A stretch of DNA of 51,391 bases. Source: Octopus bimaculoides (taxonomy: Eukaryota). Made by a program: the position numbers and the translations under genes. The notes under the pieces were generated by a model, which had not been told where the DNA came from, ran no database searches, and saw nothing but the letters and a program-made list of their open reading frames with translations. Shown piece by piece: positions 1-11,310 of this stretch (the first letter of the stretch is position 1; every line of letters starts with the position of its first letter). Location: contig NC_068982.1 of assembly GCF_001194135.2 (NCBI RefSeq), positions 49,703,265 through 49,754,655 of the forward strand. The letters are read 5' to 3'.

Positions 1-79
<79 letters not shown>

Positions 80-149
80 TGAAACTTTGAAGTTACTTCA
101 CAGACCCCCAGTACTACCTTTGCAGACCACCAAGGGTTGGGAACCACTG
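80..149. mobile_element. Right end of hAT (Charlie-type) MITE
   Basis: Ends in GGTTGGGAACCACTG, the same TIR type as the complete MITE at 1887-2144; left part lost in the microsatellite at window start. Confidence 0.5.
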
Positions 150-394
150 TACTAGAATAATGACTGCATCACAGTGGTCTCCACAATATATAATAGAGAT
201 CAGTGGGGTATACAGGTAGATGAGAACTGACAATGCATTTGAAACATTTGCACAAATAGTTAGGATATAAGCATGCCCTGTACACAGTTCATAGTAAGCG
301 TGTTTGGCAATGATGCACTAGATTTTGTTAATGTACAACTATTTTTTTTCCATATGAGAGATTTTTGCAAAATAAATTTTTCATAACATATTCA

Positions 395-482
395 TAAATT
401 GTAAAATTTATTTTTTCCTCAAAAAATATAATTATAGGGTGTGTCTTATCACTTGTAGCATCTTATGAACCAGGAAATACAG
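395..482. mobile_element. Right end of Tc1/mariner-superfamily (Tc2/pogo-like) non-autonomous element
   Basis: Ends ...CAGGAAATACAG followed by TA; a similar end ...CCGAAAATACAG-TA occurs at ~18685-18758. Confidence 0.4.
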
Positions 483-984
483 TAATTAATTCCAAGAATA
501 CAGCATATCATTAACTTTACACCAATAATAGTCTACATCGATAAAAATTAGTCAATAATGTTTGTAAAATCGAATAGGCTTGTATGCTATAAGAAGAGGT
601 CCTTTAACAGAGAAGAAATGAGAAGAAGCACATTGGCTGTCTAATTGGACACATTACAACTCTCAAACATTTTCAGCCACACACAACACTAGTTTCTCAG
701 TTTCTGTAATGTATATATTTTCACTCTCTCTGTAAAAGCATATTTGTGTATCCCCTATGACTTGCAGAGGTGTCATGATTTTCTGAGGCCATGATATGTA
801 AAAAAAACTTGCACATTTCTAATATGCTATGGGAGTTCATGGAAAAGTTGGTAATGTACAATGTATGTACTAATCATTGTTTTAAAACAATTTTAATAAG
901 CTTATTTTGTTTTAAGTCACAAAAACATTGAGAAAGCTTATGGTCAGCTGTAAAACATTTAGCATCTTTTTTATAGTATACTGT

Positions 985-1146
985 AGATTGACTTCTAGTA
1001 AATAAGAGCCAATTCTCCCTCAAATTATATCCCACCATATTAAAAAAGAACACATTGGATAATGTAGTTTTAGATGCCTGAAAACAACTTTAAAAAAACT
1101 GGTAGGTTAGAGTGTCTATACTCATTAGTGTGACCAAGGGCTAAGT
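985..1146 (+). repeat. Dispersed repeat family F (unclassified; CAA-tailed in other copies), degenerate copy
   Basis: Shares CTCCCTCAAAT..CACATTGGATAATGTAG core with copies at 9950-10140 (-), 20730-21285, 24060-24270, 33890-34095 and 41490-42110 (-). Confidence 0.55.
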
Positions 1147-1198
1147 GTCAAAATATCTAATCAATTCTGCATACTTGGATTGATTTTTACTAATTCTC

Positions 1199-1412
1199 TT
1201 ATTTACTTTAATCATTTAACAGCAGCCATGCTGGAGCACTACCTTAAAGGATTTTAGTCAAAGAAATTGACCCCAGGACTTATTCTTTGTGAGTCTAGTA
1301 CTTATTCTATCCATCTCTTTTTGCCAAATCACTAAGTAACAGGGAGATTAAGACACCAGCATCAGTAGTCAAGTGATGGTGGGGGGACAACCACAGACAC
1401 ACATATATAAAG

Positions 1413-1453
<41 letters not shown>

Positions 1454-1619
1454 CATACAATGGGCTTCTTTCAATTTCTGTCTACCAAATCCACTCACAA
1501 GGCTTTGGTTGGCTCAAGGCTATAGTAGAAGACACTTGCCCAAGGTGCCACGCAGTGGGACTGAACCCAGAACCATGTGATTGGGAAACAAGCTTCTTAC
1601 CACACAGCCCTGCCTGCAC
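1199..1619 (-). mobile_element. tRNA-derived SINE family A (CORE-like block, central microsatellite)
   Basis: On - strand: TGTGTGGTAAGAAG..GGTTCAGTCCC head, CCTTGGGCAAGTGTC CORE-like motif, (TA)n spacer, right arm ending GCTCCAGCATGGC; more than 10 homologous copies in the window. Confidence 0.85.
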
Positions 1620-1886
1620 TTACATATTATTTCTAGACTATGATGAGAGGAGATTACAAGCTGTCTCCTGGCACATCTAGGAAGGCAGTAACTCCAAATA
1701 AGAATTCATGTGCAATGTGACAACCCATATAACCCCAAACTAGCAGATGTACAATAATGATGAATGAGAAGATGCAAATTTTATATTGCTCCATCACCTC
1801 CTGTTTTTGGTTAGTACTAGCCATTATGTTCTACAAATTATTCCTGTCAGTTTGTATTTTTCTTGTTCAATTTTGATTGTGTAGAC

Positions 1887-2144
1887 CTGTGGTTCTTAAC
1901 CATTTTTTATCTCTGGACTCCTTTGATTCCTATTTTACTCTGCTGGATCCCCATTGCCATTTGATGTATATATTAAAAAACCCTATTATATTTTTACAAT
2001 TAAATATTATTAGGGAACTTTCTTTAAAATCATTAAAAAGATGTTGTATTGTAGAAACAGAAGCAATTTATTGTGCATAAATTTTAACAACAAAATCTCA
2101 TATGGACTCCCAAGGGCCTTATGGATCCTGGTTGAGAACCACTG
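1887..2144. mobile_element. hAT-Charlie-type MITE
   Basis: TIRs CTGTGGTTCTTAACC / GGTTGAGAACCACTG; 8-bp TSD GTGTAGAC / TTGTAGAC (7/8) with central TA. Confidence 0.85.
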
Positions 2145-3667
2145 TTGTAGACCAAGAATGGGAAACATTTTAAGAAAAGTGGGCCACACGAGACATAGTT
2201 CATTATAAGGCAGGCCACCCTACTAAAAAAAATAAAGGTAATTTTTTTTGTGAGGCATGCAATTCAGAAACCTCTACAGGTTGCTGGTTCCACAAGACTG
2301 GCTTTGACAATAGAGTGTAATTTCAGTGGCTAATGGTCATCCTTTCAATTAAGTTGAGTGATAACATGAAGGCTTCCTCTTTAGATGAGTTTATTCTGTT
2401 TACTCATTTTTATGGTTAAGTGAAGTTAAATGTAAGCCTCAGTGTTAGACACCAAACAATTTCCAATTTTACACTACCTTGAACTGTGTGAAGAAGTGTG
2501 TTGGTTGCCCAAATCTAAAACATTTTTATACTCCAATAAAGGACTCCCAAATATTTTCAACCATTTTGCAAAAGTACACTTCCTTGTCACATGTAGCCTG
2601 CAAAGGTGCCGTGATTTTCTGAGGCCAAAATATTTGGAAAACTTGCATGTTTTTAATGCGCTGCTGGAGTTCATGTATACTTCTTCATGTCAAAGTTGGT
2701 AAAGTATGTGTGTGCCAGACATGGCTAATACACGACACACTTCTGATTGGCATCACTGTAATCTATATACACAAAGAATTTTATCCATCCACTTCAATAT
2801 AATAATTAGATTGTTTTGGTTTGTGTGCTTCATTTTGGAGAAGGAAGAACAGGAATGAATAAGAACAAGGAAAAGCGACACAAAGAAGCGATACAAATAA
2901 ATGTTGTAAAAGAACAGAACGAATACAGACAAAGAGGTAGACAGAGACAGAGAAAGACCAATAGACAAACAGATTATGAGAGAGAGAATGAAAGGAACAG
3001 AAGGAGAGAAAGAATGGAAAATATGATACAAATGATGGTAGCAATGATGATAGAGATAACGATGGTGATGATGATGATAGAGATAATGGTGTTGCTACTG
3101 AGATAACTAATGACGATGGTCAATATGCAAAGCACACTGAATGCTAAGATTCCGAGAGATCAGCCAAGAAAGGCATAATTTACACAGCAGACAAACAAAC
3201 ATGCAGGTTTGGATGATATGAATACATTCTTAATCAAGCTTCTTAATTTAATCTGAGGTCAATGGAGTTTGATCTGATGAAAGCTGGAAAGATTGTATTG
3301 TGATGGATAAAAGGATGCTCCATGCTAATATTGATGCTGTACTCGTGTGGCAGGAGTTACATAAAAGAGAAACAAAAGAGTGAAGCAAGTGAAACAGTCA
3401 CACTCTATGAACCAGAATACTTCAAAGATATCTGAAAATCAGCGAGAGAAAAGAAATAGCAAATATTTTGCTACTTGCAAATATACATATTTATATATAA
3501 ATGTATAAAGCCCATTATTTATGTCTTCTTGATATATATATATATATATATATACATATATATGTATGTATGTATTTACACACACACACACACACACGTA
3601 CATACATGCATATATATATAGAGAGAGAAATTTATATACATGTATGTATCTGTGTATATGTTTATAT

Positions 3668-3698
<31 letters not shown>

Positions 3699-4429
3699 CA
3701 TATAAGTATTTATGTAAATGTACATGTGAACGTATAAATACCCACATACACACATACAGAAAGCATTGATTTGCCTGTTAGTGATGTGTATACATCAAGT
3801 ATGATACATAGCTATTTTCAATGAATACTGCTTCAATTTCATATACCAGTTATACACACACATTACACACACAATATATACATACATACACAAGTAAGAG
3901 GACCAAGTAAGCATCAAAAATATATTGTAAATGTAATAATAGAAAGAAAAATGACAACACACACAGAGGAAAAGTTTCAATAAATATTGTATTAGTTTAA
4001 TGCTTAAAAAAAAGGAAAGGCAAGAGACTTAGCATTTTGAGCATTAGTCCTTCATCAGGAGAAAAGTATAGGAGTAAGAAAGAGGAAAGGTGGTTAAAAA
4101 GAAAGTAGGGTTAAAACTTAGGTAACAAAAATGGTTCTATGGTGAGAGATAAGAATGGAGGGGCAGGAATGCTCATTTAGAATTATATCTAGTTTTGAGA
4201 TGGGCAAAAGAGGAGGAGTGGTGTGTGTGTGTGTGTGTGTGTGGTGTTTAGAACATATATGTGTATGTGTGTAGAGGTGTGCAAGTGCAGAAGTATAGTG
4301 GCATAAGTTAGTGAAGATGTGATGTGTTGGTGTGAGTGTATAACTGTATGTGTGAGCAAAGTGTGGAAGTTAGGAGAGGGAAGTGGACATGAGCTTGAGG
4401 TATGTGTATCTATATATACATATATATAT

Positions 4430-4479
<50 letters not shown>

Positions 4480-4509
4480 TTCACAGCAGAAATGTTAAGA
4501 TTAGTACAT

Positions 4510-5050
4510 CTGGTACCCTACAGTGCCACATAAAAGTACCAGTGCAATGCCAAGTGCCCATACAGCACTATGTAAAAGCACCTAACACACTCTATAAAAT
4601 GGTTGGTACTAGGAAGGGCATTCAGCCATAGAAATCATGCCAAATCAGACTGGAGTCTGGTGCACCTACCTAGCTTGCCAGCTCTGGTCAAACCATCCAA
4701 CTCATGCCAGCATGGACAACATACGATAAATGATGATGATGATGATGATGATGGTGGTGATGATGATGATAGTGATGTGCACACATACATACATATATTT
4801 ATCTACCTCACTTTCACAAGTTTTACATGTTGACTCATGAGTTATGCGTTGACTTCAGTAGTGATGGTGACACATAAAATGTACCCAGCACACACTGTAA
4901 AATGGTTGGTGTTAGGAAGAGCATTCAGCCATAGAAACCAAGCCAAAGCAGACACTGGAGTATGATGCAATTCTTGGACTCATTGGATCTTTGTCAAATC
5001 AGCCAACTCGTTCCATAATCGAACATAGATGATGATGATGATGATGACAG
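4510..5050 (+). mobile_element. Two adjacent RTE LINE 3'-end fragments with (GAT)n tails
   Basis: AAAAGCACC..GGAAGGGCATTCAGCC..CATGCCAGCATGG..(GAT)n, matching the 3' UTR of the RTE copies at 13100-13254 and 50515-50700. Confidence 0.75.
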
Positions 5051-6002
5051 CAATAATGATGTTGATATACATATATATACATGCATACACACACACACAT
5101 ACTTGATGTAGTCTAAATTCCAATGAATGAGTCATGCTTCCAGGCTAGAAACTGGCTCCTTCTCCATTGGTGAGAAATTTGGAAAATAAAACCAAGAACA
5201 AATGAACAGATGAATTTATGTATGTACGTAGGTATTTATGAGCACACATATGTATGTATTTACATACATAAACACAGACATACATACATGTGTCTACTGA
5301 TAAAACATGTACAGTAAGTGTAATAAATTAGATGATAATATGTTAGTACAAAAATATGGAGATGTATGAGATAAATAAATAAATAAATAAAAAAACACAC
5401 CTCAGTATATAATAACCAAAACATGGACTCTATAGATAAATATTTTTGAAATGTAACTTTTACAGGATGACATTGCAAAAAAGTAAAAATAACTCAATCG
5501 AAAAAAAATCATTGTAAGAGAAAAAAAAAAATTGAATGGAAATTGAATTTGAGTTATTACAGAGCAGTTAGAATATGAAAAGCAAAACAAACAATTAACT
5601 AGTAATGAGAGTTACCATAGCAAAAATACACATAACAAAAGGACAGCATAATAAATTACATTTTAACAGCCAAGCATAACACAACATTGCTTACTGTATT
5701 GCTGATGGCTTGGGTGAAGCAGTTTTAGTCTTGCATACACATGCGTTTATATGCATATACATATTCTTTTATTTGTTTCAGTCATTTGACTGTGGCCATG
5801 CTGGAACACCACTTTTAGTCAAACAAATCGACCCCAGGACTTATTCTTTCTAAGCCTACTACTTATTCTATGGGTGTATTTTGCTGAACCGCTAAGTTAC
5901 GGGGACATTAACACACCAACATCAGTGTCAAGCGATGGTGGGGGGACAAACACATACATACATATATATATATATATATACGGTGGGCTTCTTTCAGTTT
6001 CT

Positions 6003-6444
6003 TATTTCTTTATTGCTCACAAGGAGCTAAACATAGAGGGGGCAAACAAGGACAGACAAAGGGATTAAGTCGATTCACCAGTCCTCAGTCAAATCGTCCA
6101 GCCCATGCTGGCATGGAAAGCGGACTTTAAACGACGACGACGATATATATGTGCTGTGCGTGAGAAGACCCAGCAAGCCAAGTAAGATCGTTGCCAGTGN
6201 NNNNNNNNNCGGGTGGCACATAAAAGACACCATTTCGAGTGTGGCCGTGCCAGTACCGCCTGACTGGCCTTCGTGCGGGTGACACGTAAAAGCACCCACT
6301 ACACTCTCTGAGTGGTTGGCGTTAGGAAGGGCATCCAGCTGTAGAAACTCTGCCATATTAGATTGGAGCCTGGTGTTGCCATCCGGTTTCACCAGTCCTC
6401 AGTTAAATCGTCCAACCCATGCTAGCATGGAAAGCGGACGTTAA

Positions 6445-6475
<31 letters not shown>

Positions 6476-6631
6476 CATCGACCCCAGTGCGTAACTGGTA
6501 CTTATTTAATCGATCCAAAAGGATGAAAGGCAAAGTCGACCTCGGCGGGATTTGAACTCAGAACGTAATGGCAGGCGAAATACCGCTAAGCATTTCGCCC
6601 GGCGTGCTAACATTTCTGCCAGCTAACCGCC
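6003..6631 (-). mobile_element. Young SINE family B, interrupted by RTE 3' ends
   Basis: On - strand, head GGCGGTTAGCTGGCAGAA..GTTCTGAGTTCAAATCCC and tail GGGATTAAGTCGATT|ACATCGACCCC split at 6075/6475. Confidence 0.85.
6076..6474 (+). mobile_element. Two tandem RTE 3' ends (~65 bp and ~330 bp)
   Basis: CACCAGTCCTCAGT(C/T)AAATCGTCC..CATGGAAAGCGGAC occurs twice, ending in (GAC)n and (GAT)n; small N gap inside. Confidence 0.85.
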
Positions 6632-6761
6632 TCTTTCAGTTTCTGTCTACCAAATCCACTCACAAGGCTTTGGTTGGCCAGAGGCAATAGCAGAAGACAC
6701 TTACCCAAGGTGTCACACAGTGACACAAGCTTCTTACCAAACAGCCACTTCTACATACTAT

Positions 6762-6972
6762 GTCTGTGTTTGCCCCCCACCACCACTGTTTGAGAAGTGG
6801 CGTTGGTGTGTTTGCATCCTTGTAACTTAGAGGTTCAGCAAAAGAGACTGACAGCATAAGTACCTGGCTTAAATATAAGTACTGGGGTTGATTCATTTGA
6901 GTAAAAAAAATTCAAGTCAGTGCCCCAGCATGGCCACAGTCTAATGACTGAAACAAGTAAAAGATACAAGAT
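6762..6972 (+). mobile_element. SINE A right arm
   Basis: GTAACTTAGAGGTTCAGCAAAAGAGAC..CCCCAGCATGGCCACAGTC..GAAACAAGTAAAAG. Confidence 0.75.
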
Positions 6973-7339
6973 AAACGCTACTAAAATTCAAAATCTGTTT
7001 GTCTGTTCACAAATTTTGAGGAAATAATTGATCGTAGTTATAAGCTGTTTCCCACTTTTGCCTAAAATAACTTTAAGCATTTCTGTTCCCCAGAACCTTC
7101 ATAACAGGAGAATTTTGTTTCTTATTATAGCAACATATTAATGAAATGCCGCTTCATTGCATATACAGAAGGAAGACATATTTGCATTTGAAATGAGGCA
7201 TACGCTTCTAATGGTAAGTCTATGCACAAAAACACACAGACAATACTTGCAGACATGTACATGTGTACATACAAGGCTTATACACTTTCCACACATGTGT
7301 TTAGAGAGAGAAACAAAGGTTAATCAAGTTTCAAATTCA

Positions 7340-7765
7340 TTGTCATCATCATCATCATCATTTAACGTCCATTTTCCGTGCTGACATGGTTTGGCGGGTT
7401 TGACTAAAAACTGGTAAGCAGGGGAGCTGCACCAGGTTCTCATCTGATTTGGCATGGTTTCCATGGCTGGATGCCGTTTCTAATGCCAACCACTCCATGA
7501 GTGTAGTGGGTGCTTTTTATGTATCACTGGCACAGTTTCCAGTTATGTAACACTGGCATTGGCCACAACTATGATCTCACTTGGTTTGACAGATCTTCTT
7601 AAGCACAGTAGATCACAAAAAGGTCTCAGTCACTCATCACTGCCTCCGTGAGGCCCAACAGTCAAAGGGTGCTTTTTATGTGCCAGTTACGTGACACTGG
7701 CATCAGCCACAACTAATTATTCCCCTTGACTTGATGGGTCTTCTCAAGCACAGCATATCGCACAT
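7340..7765 (-). mobile_element. RTE LINE 3'-end fragment
   Basis: (CAT)n TTTAACGTCCATTTTCC.. matches 50515-50900; includes partly duplicated 3' UTR units. Confidence 0.8.
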
Positions 7766-8112
7766 GCATCATCATCATCATAAAGGCAGGATTGTTACAG
7801 CATCAGGAGGATGCCTTGCAGTATTTCTTTTCAGCTCTTTATAGTCAGTGTTCAAATCCTGCCAAAATAAACTTTGCTTTCATCCCACTGGGGGTCAATT
7901 GAATAAAGTATCAGTCAAGTAGTGATGCAGAGGGTATTAACTAACCTCCTCCTCTTAAAACTACAGGTCTTGTATCTAAATCAGAAACTACTTTCCCACC
8001 ATCCATCATCAGCAGCATTCTCATTCTTCTTTTTTTTTCTGCAGTATTATTATTCAGAGTTAATAGGTTCTGTTTCTACAGCTGTTAGATAATTTTATAC
8101 AGATTTAGTGAC

Positions 8113-8478
8113 ATCATCATCGTTTAACGTCCACTTTCCACACTGGCATGGTTTTGACAGTTTGACATGGAGCTGTCCAAACTCCAGCTGTCTGTTGAGG
8201 TATGGTTTCTACAGCTGGATGCCCTTCCTAATGCCAACCACTTAACAGAGTGTGCTGGGTGCTTTTCACATGCCACCAGCATAGGTGTGCTTACACAGCA
8301 CTGACACAGCTGCTTTTTAAGTGGCACCATCACTTGAAAGGACAAACCTGTTTGTGTGGAAGACAGCGATTTTACTAAGCTTGACATGTCTAATCAAGTA
8401 CAGCAAATCACCACATCTCCTGGTCCCTTGCCATTTTCTCAGTGAGGCTCAGTGTCCGAAGATCCTTTCTCACCACTT
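8113..8478 (-). mobile_element. RTE LINE 3'-end fragment
   Basis: CATCATCGTTTAACGTCCACTTTCC..TTTCTACAGCTGGATGCCCTTCCTAATGCCAACC. Confidence 0.8.
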
Positions 8479-8639
8479 TGACATTGAATTAATTATTAAA
8501 CTGTAATAACTGCACTAATTATCATTAAAGTTTTTCATCTAAATACGTCTTCTCTTCTTACTGGCTGACCCTCATTTTAATGATACATACCATTAATTAC
8601 AAGTGTTTCAGGAGATGAGCAGACAGAATCATTAACACA

Positions 8640-8836
8640 GGCGGCGAACTGGCAGAAATGTTAGTACGCCGGGCGAAATGCTTAGCAGTATTTTGTCTGC
8701 CATTACGTTCTGAGTTCAAATTCTGCCAAGGTCAACTTTGCCTTTCATCATTTCGGGGTCGATAAATTAAGTACCAGTTACGCACTGGGGTCGCTGCTCC
8801 CTCTATGTTTAGCCCCTAGTGGGCAATAAAGAAATA
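8640..8836 (+). mobile_element. Young SINE B inserted in the head of an older SINE B (host ~8610-9035)
   Basis: 15-bp TSD AGAATCATTAACACA at 8625-8639 and 8837-8851; insert starts GGCGGCGAACTGGCAGAA and retains CpGs. Confidence 0.9.
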
Positions 8837-9140
8837 AGAATCATTAACACACTGGGCAAAACGCTTAGTAGCATTTTGTCCATCTTCATGTTGTGAGTTC
8901 AAATTCTGCTGGGGATGACTTTGCTTTTCATTCTTTCAGGGTTGATGAAATAAGTATCAGTTGAGCACTGGGGTTGATGTAATTTACTTAGCTTGACCCT
9001 GAAACTGCTGGCCTTGTGCCAAAATTTGAAACTAATCACAACCGTTTCAAATCCCCAAACACACATTCAATATTGATGAAATCTGTTAATCTACTTTCCA
9101 AATAGTATTTAAAGTCCTTGGTGAAGATTTTTAATCTTAA

Positions 9141-9362
9141 CCCTTTGGCATTTATACTGGTTACATTCAGCCCAAATATTCTACCAGTTTTATGTTTAGA
9201 CCAAACAGATCAGGCTTATCACACATACCCTACAATGACATTCTAAAAATAAACAAGCACATCATTAATGTCTTGAAGCTACACGATAATGAATGATAGA
9301 TTTTAAAACAATGTGAATAAATAAGCATTACATTTGACAAAGTTAATATGAATACCAAACAG
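9141..9362. mobile_element. piggyBac-type MITE (family H)
   Basis: TTAA flanks at 9137-9140 and 9363-9366, left end CCCTTTGGCATT; homologous to 32657-32876. Confidence 0.7.
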
Positions 9363-9749
9363 TTAATCAACATCTTTATATATTCTTGAGACTTTGATAC
9401 AAACTTCAAAGCTGTCTCATTAATATTTGAAGCATAACTTGTAGTATATCATTACATGACTCATTTGTTTACAAGTAATTAAACTTGACTGAAATTCTAA
9501 TTTGTACAGCAAGTTGTTTGCTTTATAAATATTGTCAAATAATTTGATAACTGTTTCTGGCGTGTTGACATTGTCACTGTTCTTAGGTCTGAGGTCTGTC
9601 CTTTGTTCCATAGACCTATGGTCAAAGATATTCCTGCCATGACTATTCCATCATTTTTGATATGTTTGATTTCATTTCAAGTCATTTCTTTCTTTAAAAC
9701 AGCAGAATATTATTTGAGGAAGATTTGGCAGCTATTTCCCATGAAATCC

Positions 9750-10140
9750 GGCTTTGTGTAGCTCCCAGCAAACAGTTTTGTGGAAGCCATGCCAAATCAG
9801 ACTGGAGTCTGGTGCAGCCTCTCAGCTTACTAGCTCTGGTCAAACTGTCCAATCTATGCCAGCGTGGACCACAGATATTGAATGATGATGATGAATGAGA
9901 ATGAAAAAACATTATATTTGACAGAATAGTCTGAATGGTAAAGGGTTAAGCCCAAGGTTTATCTAGGTTGAGTAGATTTAAGATAAGAGATATTGTTGTG
10001 ATTATTGCATCTGTTTAGAGGTAACCTGGATTATATTATTCTTTTCTGCATGCTTGTTATATTAAGGCAATAGAATATGATGTGAGAGAAATTTGGCTGT
10101 TATTTCTATGAGCTTCAACAGCCATGTAGAAGCAGGCTCC
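9750..10140. repeat. Cluster: RTE 3' end (+), family H right end, family F (-)
   Basis: CATGCCAAATCAGACTGG..(GAT)n; CTGAATGGTAAAGGGTTAA; GAGAGAAATTTGGCTGTTATTTCT. Confidence 0.6.
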
Positions 10141-10563
10141 GTCATTCACCTGTACATATAGAGAAAGATATAGAGGGACAAATACAAAGAGGGAAATGAG
10201 AAGGAAGGAAAATAAATTGAGGGAAAAATTAAAGAAAAGAATAGGTGTCTTGCAGAGGAGAAACATAGGAATGTGAAAATACATCTACATCATAGCAATA
10301 CATAAAGAAATAAAAAAAAAAAGAACAAGTAGAATTCCCCAAACACCTATATAAATCTGAATCCCCTTAGGATCCATAATTCCACGAAGCCAAACCAAGC
10401 CAAGCCAAGCCAGTAGAAGGTCATGAGGAAGTGGAGTAACTAACAAATTCTCAGCAGTAGAAATGATTTCTGAATAAGCATCTTAACTCACTCAAAAGCA
10501 AGCACATATTAACACACAAATGCACAGTTAAATCTTCTATGTGGATCTATTAAATCAATATAC

Positions 10564-10660
10564 CTAGCTGCAGATTCTGATTTTTCTGTCACAATATATT
10601 TTAGCGTTTTCTTGATGCCCATAAGGATTGAAAAGAAACATAGCGGTGTATAATTGATTT
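10564..10660 (-). CDS. Candidate exon of unidentified host gene (probably last coding exon)
   Basis: Strong acceptor TTTGACTTTCTTCTTTCTTTAG; after the phase-2 end of exon 17908-18080 it reads (R)NQLYTAMFLFNPYGHQENAKIYCDRKIRICS-TAG, then GTATAT. An alternative open frame INYTPLCFFSILMGIKKTLKYIVTEKSESAA also exists. Confidence 0.5.
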
Positions 10661-11310
10661 CTAAAGAAAGAAGAAAGTCAAATGCTTTACAATATTTTTC
10701 TTTTCCCCTCTTTCCGCTAATTAGATTATTTCACATTAAATGACAGAAATCTTTCTTATTATTTCATATCCTTTTTAAGTTTGAAAGCAAATAATTTCAG
10801 ATTTCTAAACAACTTATGAAGCTGTCAATAGGCTTCATTGACAATATAATGAAGCCTGTAAAAGCAACGTGATTTTAACCAGCTTCAAAAGATTCATTTC
10901 TCAATTTTCTTGTAAATATCAGCAATTGTAATTGTTTGTTTTAAACTTGCACACACATAATTGTTTGTATACAAATGCAAATAGAAATAATTGTTTTCAT
11001 AACCAGAGGAGATTTTTTAAAGGTTCTCCATACATATAGAGATGCATGTTTTTGTTTTTTGATGAAATGTTTGAGATAATTCAAATGATGCTAATATTAA
11101 AATAAAACTTAGGCTTACATGCCTGTTTGATTAAATGCTAGTCAATTATTATTACGAAAATGATAAACTTTCTTCACGCAAAGACCAGCAGTAACTAATG
11201 GTAAACAACTTTAACAGAGCTTGACATAAGGTCTTCAGTATTAAGAATTATCAAAATATAGAGTTTACATATAAAATAAACATGACAAAGAAAAAGACAA
11301 ACATTTTGCG

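Larger units (their letters stand above)
5768..6760 (-). mobile_element. SINE A copy split by a nested SINE B
   Basis: A right arm 5768-6002, A left arm resumes after 6631; 13-bp TSD TCTTTCAGTTTCT at 5990-6002 and 6632-6644. Confidence 0.85.

Noticed and set aside
3180-3420. MEFDLMKAGKIVL as a reverse-transcriptase remnant
   Set aside because: Only a few residues resemble the motif and flanking RT motifs are absent.
2753-4631. ORFs rich in YI, HT, VC, ER or MMI repeats (also 39868-40360, 44059-44479, 49273-49533)
   Set aside because: Translations of microsatellites and low-complexity tracts.
7169-7213. Plus-strand 45-nt exon KEDIFAFEMRHTLLM with GTAAGT donor
   Set aside because: Weak acceptor, opposite strand to the best exons, no partner exon; expected by chance in 51 kb.
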